Of a stretch of 64,000 bases of DNA, positions 61,695-64,000 are shown in pieces. A program made the position numbers and the translations under genes. The DNA is from Camelus dromedarius (lineage: Eukaryota): positions 116,624,001 through 116,688,000 of the forward strand of contig NC_087436.1 of the NCBI RefSeq assembly GCF_036321535.1, read 5' to 3'. The notes under the pieces are model-generated. The model was not told where the DNA came from. It saw nothing but the letters and a program-made list of their open reading frames with translations, and did no database searches. Position 1 is the first letter of the stretch, and every line of letters starts with the position of its first letter.

Positions 61695-62719
61695 CCCTTT
61701 AGCTGGGGAGTGGGGGTCATGGGGAAGTGAGGGTAGAGCTTTCTGTGTCTACAGCTGGAGCCATCTGGATGGAGGGCGTCACTTCTCATTACCAAGGAGC
61801 AGGAACAGGTGTCTTTGAAGGTGCTGCCAAGTCAGAGGCTAGGGATGGGAAGACATCTTCTTATTTCAGACATCCACTCACTTTGACCTTAAAGTCGTAC
61901 TGCACCCAGTAAAGCTTAGGTTCCCAGGCAAGTTGGTTCACATACCAAATAGTGACATAAACGTGTGAGTCCCTCACCTGGTGTAAAGCCACAGAGATGG
62001 ATATTCTGGTAAATCCATCGTGCCTCTCCCCTTAACCCCTTTCTCTGCCAGGGTGAAGGTGTTAGTTACAATTAAAAATCCTTCATCCCATGGACTACAA
62101 TTAGTCTCCTCTGGCTTAAGCAGTTCTTCACCAAAAGGATCCGTTTGCTATGTCCAAGGTGTATAGGAATTGGAGGAGAGTCATGCTCCTGTCTAGTCGC
62201 CTTGGCTCTTCTAATTCACAAGGGAAATAAGCTATGAGCTCAATAGACAGACAGCCAAGGATACACCCACTTGTGCCCTGTCACTTCCACCTCTCCCCCA
62301 GATCCCACACTCGTGCCTCTCCCCTTAACCCCTTTCTCTGTAAGTGTCCTGTCCTCATATGTGTCCTCATCTCCACCCTCTTCCCCAGGCTCCAGCAGTC
62401 CCTGGCCTTGGAAATAATATGCATCTGTTCTCCCACCAGCATCCTCTTATGTCTTAGAATTTTTCATTTTCAAACAATTACATTTGAATGGTCTTTCTCT
62501 TATCCCCATGAGGAAGCCTCCTCTAAGGGAAAGCATGGGTTCTGGGCATGAGGTCTGATGGGTCACCAAGAAAAGGGGAGGCTCCCTTCCCACACAGGAG
62601 CTGAGGGCTTAGGGAAGAAAGAATGGATACCTTGAGCCCTGGGCTGCATCTGCTTCTGCCTGGGAGGGTCTCGAAGAAAACCCGTCTCTTCCTCACTGGG
62701 GCTATTTCCTCCACATCTG

Positions 62720-63180
62720 ATTTATTCTTTTATTCAGCTGATATCACTGAACAGTATACAACAGTGAACAAAACAGATAAAGTTCCCTGTTGTAGTAATG
62801 TTTATGTTCTAATGGGAGAAAAAGAAAATAAACTATGGATATAATAACCAAGTGAGGCTTATACAGAAGGTGATTTGAGCTATAAGAACAAGGAAAGGTA
62901 GAGAAGGAAGAGGAGGAATGGAATTCTGAAGCTGGAGAGCACATGATGTAGCATTAAGTAGGATGGCAGGATGGGCCTCTCCCAAAGGTGACATTTGAGC
63001 AAAGACTTGAAGGATGAGGCAAGGGAGCTACCCATGCAGATACACAGCAGAAGAGAATCTTGGGCAGATGGAATAGCAGGTGCAAAGGTTGAAGATGGGA
63101 CCATGGTTGGCGTGTTTAGGGAGAAGCCAAGAGGCCAGTGTGGATGGAGCAAAGTAAGCAAGAAAGTGATATCTAGATGA
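62720..63180 (-). mobile_element. L2 LINE fragment
   Basis: ACAGTGAACAAAACAGATAAAGTTCCCTG..AAGGTGACATTTGAGCAAAGACTTGAAGGATGAG..GAATAGCAGGTGCAAAGG..AAGAGGCCAGTGTGGATGGAGC. Confidence 0.85.
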
Positions 63181-63714
63181 CCTACACGACCTACATGTAT
63201 ATAAACCTTTACACAGTGTTCTTCCTAATAACAAGTGATTATTCTGAGAGTACCCCTCAACATCATGTATTCTTGTCTGAAACATCTCAGAAAGTATCCT
63301 ACTCTGTAATTTCTGGGAAAACTTGTGTATCCATCCACACACAAGAATAACCAAAACCACACCGCCTTCTCTCCTCTCTCCCTCCCTCCCTCCCTGGCCC
63401 CTGGGGTATCCTCAGACCTCTCCAGAGAAGACTAGAATTTCAGAGAAGATAGATTAATGTGATATAACTGGAAGAGAGACAAGAAGTCCTGCAATTTAAG
63501 GATTTCCAAACAAGCTGTTTCAGCAAACATTTATTATCTACTATATACCAGTAAGTAATATACTGAATTGCAGACATGATTATTTTTTGTAACACTATTA
63601 TTGCTGTGCAAGAGTCCAAACACTGGGAATACTGAAATGAACAAGAAACAGCCCCTGCCTCGAGCGAAAAAGGAAGTGCACAGAAATGCAAAAGAGACTT
63701 CCCATAATATAATA

Positions 63715-63945
63715 AGAACTAGCATTTCCTAGCCCTGCACACATTCCAGGCAGTTTTCTGAATATTTTCTATGTGTTATTTCTCTTAACCTCTTATCAGT
63801 CCTGAGATACGTTCATATTTGCATCAATAAAGTCATAAGGAGAAAGAGAGTCTGAGAGGTTAACAAGCTTCCCTGAGTTAAAACAATCAGTAAATGGGAA
63901 AAGTGGAATTCAATCTCCATAATCTCTAACCATTTGACCCCTGAG
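63715..63945 (-). mobile_element. MIR SINE
   Basis: TAGCATTT..CCAGGCA..ATGTGTTATTTCTCTTAACCTC..CCTGAGATA..GAGAGGTTAAC..AGTAAATGGGAAAGTGGAATTCAA. Confidence 0.7.
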
Positions 63946-64000
63946 CCTCCTAATACAGTCTCCTGGCACATGATTAGAACTTTAACAACACACATACTTT

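Overview
Mammalian non-coding DNA, almost certainly from a camelid (alpaca/llama/camel). It carries four tRNA-derived SINEs resembling camelid Vic-1 and young L1 3' ends of a matching lineage; I saw no Alu, B1/B2, Bov-A/BovB or PRE-1. I find no host protein-coding exon, RNA gene, CpG island or CRISPR-like array, so it reads as a gene desert or deep intron. Every ORF I can explain is a repeat read-through (L1 ORF2 tails, an ERVL pol relic, MaLR LTRs, microsatellites). The window is filled with layered transposon fossils (MIR, L2, MLT1/MLT2, MER5/20/58/63/103, L1ME/MB/MA, a MER41-like solo LTR, lineage L1s) separated by unique, TF-motif-rich blocks that may be enhancers. I did not find a convincing novel biological system. 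The best observations are mechanistic scars readable in the sequence: two twin-primed L1 inversions breaking at the same G-quadruplex motif, short 3' transductions, a templated 30-bp insertion with a snap-back, two fold-back palindromes, an ERVL reverse-transcriptase fossil and a 460-nt pure pyrimidine tract. Repeat family names come from remembered consensus sequences, not a database search. Boundaries of old repeats are approximate.
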